Assembly: GCA_016748015.1 (NCBI GenBank)
Contig: JAAOMT010000384.1
Location: 62,001-126,000, forward strand
Direction: 5' to 3'
Origin: Geosiphon pyriformis uo1
Lineage: Eukaryota > Fungi > Glomeromycota
Length of the DNA stretch: 64,000 nt
Both the position numbers and the translations under genes were made by a program. The notes under the pieces are model-generated. The model did not search any database, was not told where the DNA came from, and worked only from the letters and a program-made list of their open reading frames with translations. This document shows, piece by piece, positions 58,960 through 64,000 of this stretch (position 1 is its first letter; every line of letters starts with the position of its first letter).

Positions 58960-59835
58960 TGTTACAGTTTAAAAATTTAGCAAAAAAATCATAAAAATAA
59001 TATAAACTATTCAATCATATTATAGTGCAGTAATAATCTTAGAAAGATAATGATTAAAATAGTAGCAAAACACCATTTCGCAATAGTGGCAAGCACCAGT
59101 TCACAATAGCAGCCAACACCAACTGGTGATAGCAGCAAACACCAGATTGAAATATCAAAAAAAAAGTATTACAATGTGTTTTCTTGTAAAACTACAAACA
59201 TGTATATATACAGTAGCTTTAATATTGAGAAAAGTCAATCAAGTAATAAAAATCATAACTTATTAAGCAATAGATCCAATTTATCCAACAAACTTCACTT
59301 TAAATTATACCTTTAAATTAAAATATTCCAAGAAACTTTTAAATCAAAAAGAAATAAAAAAATATATTTAAAACTGAATTATCACAACCCCAAAGTAGTA
59401 AGAAACTCACTTGTGTTAATTATTGAATGAAACTATCATTCATCAGTTGAATTCCTTGGAAGAATAATCCCTAATCAAAATTATTTATGTTGTTACTAAT
59501 TGATAAAAGCTTTATTGTAAAAATTAGGAAAAGTGCTAAAGGCCATTAACATTTCGTGTTTTTAGATTAGAAAAACACATCAGGCAATTGCAAAGATAGC
59601 CTTAGAGAAGACCCCAAACAGTGGGTAAATTTCAGTTCAGTCTCTGAGAAGGAGTACATAAACACACACAACAATCAGGAATTGAGAAATAACTTACATT
59701 GTAACATTAAAGAGAAAGTCTTCAGTATAACAGTGACATTATTACACAAATAGAATTGAGGAACTCACGAGAAACTAATTGCAATTAAAATAAGATATCA
59801 GCAATTAAATATACCAAGAAAACCATCCCGTAACA
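58960..59835 (+). repeat. 5' LTR of Gypsy C (876 bp; only gap-free copy of the B/C LTR here)
   Basis: TG...CA termini; reverse complement matches 48340-48972 and 56907-57787. Confidence 0.92.
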
Positions 59836-62800
59836 TTTGGTGAACCCTATGAAAAAAAAAATCAAAAAAAAATAATAATTAGCAATAATTCATTGCTAAA
59901 AAAAAAGAGACAAAAGTGGTGACAAAAACCCCTAACCTTACTGTTCTTGAATTCTGCCATGCTATTTATACATAAAATCAATGTGATCTTGGATTACCAG
60001 AAGAGTGTTGTCTAGCAGAATCTGCCCTCACTTATTATATCAATGTCAGAATAAATTATCATATAGGAAAGGAAGAAGAACCACATGATGCAAAACTTAG
60101 ATTGTATAGAGAATTATCACAATACACTACAAAAAAAGTAGTAGTAATAGCCACAACTATTGTCAAAATCCATTGAAAAATTAAGCAATATGTCAACAAA
60201 AATTTTTCAATATCCACAGAAAACACTAAGGAATGCACCAACAAAACCAAAGAAAATTTAAAAACTAATTAGGAAAGTAACTAGCAAAAACTAAGAACAT
60301 CTATTCAAACACCAAAGAAAATTGTCACTCAATTAATAAAAAAACAACATATTTATTTACCAGAAAATAAATCATACCATTTTTCACCAGAAAATAAGAT
60401 ACAAATTCCATTAGGAGCTGCATCATCATCAACATTAACTCCACAAATGCCAAGAACTCCTAGTTATACTGATAAAATTAAACAATGTAACTAGGGAGAC
60501 ATACCAATTATAGAAGGATATTCATCACTATTCCAAAACCCTCTTTTTCAGCCAAAATTCGGAATGGAGTTTGAAAACCATAAAGAGGAGTCTAAATCAG
60601 AATCCAAAAAAGAGACCAGCAAAAAAACAATCACAAGACTGATTACTGGAACAAGCAGCCAATCCAGAAACCAAGAAACTTATAATTAAGAGAAAGAACC
60701 AGATATAAGGGAAGCCACATTTAAGAATGCTCAAGGAAATATCATCCCACCTCCTCTTAGACCAATAAGCCCACCAGCAGAAAACAATGACGAAATGGTC
60801 ACATCATACATCACAAGACTAACAGATTTCTCAGGAAAGGAAGAAAAAACAGATGTACACACGTGGCTCAGAGAAGTGTAAAAAGCCATCCAAACAAATA
60901 ACTGGAATGACCAAAAAGCAATTCAAACATTACCTTTTTTCCTGAAAGGCACAGCTGACTTGTGGTATCAAAGTTTGGAAACAAAACCCACAAGCTTTGC
61001 TGAATTTAAAAATGCACTCCTGAAGTATTTTAGTGACCCAAATATCATAATCCAACTACAAAATGAATTCAATACTATTAAGCAAAGTACTGGTAAAACT
61101 GTTACCCAATACCTTGTTTAATTCAATCGAATTCACCATCAGATTGAAGTGATTGAACAAGAATACTACACTGATCTTCAGGTTTTAAATCAGTTTATTG
61201 GAGGATTAAAAAGCAGCATTTTAGAAAGAATATGCTCTGCCTATCCTAATTCCTTATCAGAAGCCATTACACTTACCAGAGCTCTTGAATCAGCTGAGAA
61301 AGAAGCTAACCATAGTCAAATGATTAACATGATAATGAAGGAAAATAAAACAAAAACATTAGAGAAAAGAGTAATACAATTAGGAGAGGAACTCTCTAAG
61401 AAAATAGAAAGTTACCTTATCCTGGATTCAAGAAGAAATACATACCAACCACTCCAAAAACACAGCTAGGAAGTTAGTGACAGTTGAAATAATCACTCAT
61501 TACACTAGAAATTCAGAACAGAAACATGTGTCTGCCATTTTTGCAAATGTGTAGGACATTTGATTAGTCAATGTCAAATGCAAATGATGCAGGAAGCATG
61601 CAAAATAATTATTACATGTCACTCCAAATGTTTAGAAACCAGTATATGCCAATACTATGCCAATATCTCACCATATATCAAAATCAAAAAACTTACCAGC
61701 AACAGTTCATGATAGCCAACCTGAATTGGTGTTCCAAGCCCTGAAATCAGCCCATGTAGAACCAGAACGTGTTGGTCTAGAGGAATCCAAACTGTGCCAG
61801 AACCAGTCAGCAAACCAATCTAAACTACCAAAATTATCAACAAACTTATCTTAATATACCAGAAAATCTGATTATCAGAAACAATGATAGTAAAAACATC
61901 AACAGAACCAAATATTTCTTCAACAAATTGAGCCAAACAATACCACCAGCAGTTGCCACTGAAGATAGCAGTCTCACAGCTATTTTTCCTTTTGAATTAG
62001 AGGAAAACAAGGCTATGTTCAATAGAGCAGCATTGGACGAAAAACGTCCAATTACTGTTATGTATATAGAAGCCACTATAAACAATACTCCAATCAAACT
62101 TATCTTAGATAGTGGATCTGCTGGAAGCATCATAATGCTTCAACTAGTAAACCAACTGGGTTTCAAAGTTGATCATGCTGTGATGTCTTAAATCATAACA
62201 GCTGATAGAAGTACAAAGCTGCCTTATGGCAAAATCGACTCATTCCCTTTCGAAATTAATGGCATAGTAATACCTACAAAAGTATTAGTAATGGACACTA
62301 CACAATATCAAATATTAGTAAAGAATAACTGGCTAACAAAAGCCAATGTCATCTTAGACTGGACTACTCAAGAGCTTCTGATTAATTATAATGGCCACCA
62401 GGCCAGAATTCCAGCCACCTGTGGCCACTTCCAAAAACCCAGTACTAACCAAAGACTTACCTTCAAATTTGAGAAAAATTCAGCACTACCAGCCATTGAA
62501 ACTTATCAGCTCTTTTGGGCTGATGACCAAAGAACAGAACTACCAGCTGTACCAATGTAGACCAGTGAAAAAAGATCCGAATGAAACCAGATAAGTCCAC
62601 AAAGAAACCACCAGCAATGCAAACCAAAGCTAGAATGCTTGGTTTGTAAGAAGAAACTCTTGTCTATGACTGTATACAGTGCACCAGACAAAGACTCAAG
62701 AAACTCCACCCATTACTATTGTAACCATTGTAACAAAAAAAAATATGGTTACCCAAAAAAACATGGAAAATGGGACAAAGAACTGTGCCTTACTTGTGGA

Positions 62801-64000
62801 GAACTGTTACTAAGAGGGTGCAACTAGAACGACATACCAGGCAGAGGAGGAACATATGATGCAACTTGCCAATACACGATCCTTATTTGTAACTGAGTAA
62901 AAGAAGGAATGCCGTTCAAAGCAGCATTTAACAGAGTGTTAAAAAGACTATAGTACTATCTACATGATGAGGACAAGTTGTACAACACCACATAGGCCAA
63001 AGTAAGAGGAGGAACTGCCGAAGAAATACGATGTTGGAAAGAGTCAGCCAAAGTAGTTGACAAAGTCGCCAACTACAACATATTTGACCCAGTAGATGAA
63101 TTCCAGGACTACTACCAACAACTATGCCCCACTTGACAAAAACAAAAACAATACTTTGCCCAAATCAACACTTATCTCTGTAAAAACTGTCTTATTTCAT
63201 GCCAAAATCAGTGTTGTGAAGAGTGTTAAGACAAAAGAAACTTAGAAAGAAAAATGGAAATTGAGAATCAGCAGTCTCAAAATCAATCAATAAATTAACA
63301 AGACTCATCTGATAGTCCTAAGTCAGAAAAATTTGTAGCCTATACTGACCTAGAACAGGTGATTAACATCCAATACTTTGACAATAGGCACTTAGGAATA
63401 ATATTTAAAAGAGCTCATCTAACTGATACTGAATTCGATCTACATTATCCAGAAAAAAAATCCACAACATTACCACCCAGGAGCATCACCAAAATCGACC
63501 TGAAAATAGTGGTTGAAATTCCACCAGGAATAATGATTCAAATAGCATCACGATCAAGTCTTGCGAAAAAAGAAATAAGCATTTAAGAAGGAGTAATTAA
63601 CTCTGAATACACTGGAAATTTAATGGTTTTGCTACAAAACAATTCAGAAAAGTCTTATACCATTGAATCTAAAGAAAAAATTGCATAAGCAATTTTCCTA
63701 CTATTGGTAAAAATTGGGAAATTCGTGCCAGTAGAAAATCGTGAGGAATTGTTACAAACAACAAGAAAAACTTTTGGTTTCAGATCAATAGAAAAAAAAA
63801 TTGAAGTGAATTTCACTGAAACAATAAAGGAAAAAGGCAAAGTAATTAAAACTGAGCAGTCTATTATGCTTCTACCATATGAAAAATCAGAAATAAGAAT
63901 AAAAAGAATAATTAAAGAAAAAAACCTAATATTTGAGCCTTATCCAGAAACTTGCCAACAGTTTTTCATAGGACTTATTAACCTTTTTATTCCAGCTGAT
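58960..64000 (+). mobile_element. Ty3/Gypsy LTR retrotransposon C (same family as B, more mutated; runs off the window)
   Basis: 5' LTR TGTTAC...GTAACA at 58960-59835; PBS TGGTGAACCCTATG at 59838; gag, PR LDSGS (~62105), Cys-rich domain and dUTPase remnant (63390-63790), all collinear with the reverse complement of B. Confidence 0.93.

Overview
Eukaryotic, intron-rich, AT-rich fungal DNA. Gene content and element types suggest an early-diverging fungus of Mucoromycota/Glomeromycotina (Geosiphon-like); this is inference from recalled sequence style, not a database result. The window has three blocks. (1) About 1-6.86 kb: a decayed full-length LINE (ORF1 with CCHC knuckle, APE-RT-RNase H ORF2, structured 3' tail, poly-A). 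(2) About 7.4-32.9 kb: a compact gene island with PEX13, ARP1/centractin, BCD1/ZNHIT6, an intron-containing bacterial-type nucleotidyltransferase, TBCD, mRNA guanylyltransferase CEG1, ERV41-like, BOL3 and CWH43. (3) About 33-64 kb: nested transposons. An ORF1-only LINE derivative sharing the autonomous LINE's 3' tail is split by Ty3/Gypsy element A, and another LINE is hit by two copies (B, C) of a second Gypsy family. Both Gypsy families carry an uncharacterised Cys-rich domain plus a dUTPase between protease and RT, and extra sequence after integrase. Repeats, but not genes, show near-pure C>T/G>A hypermutation. Element B is gap-ridden and partly mis-ordered by assembly. Best leads: the probable HGT-derived nucleotidyltransferase, the ORF1-only LINE partner, the Gypsy accessory domains and the RIP-like mutation signature.
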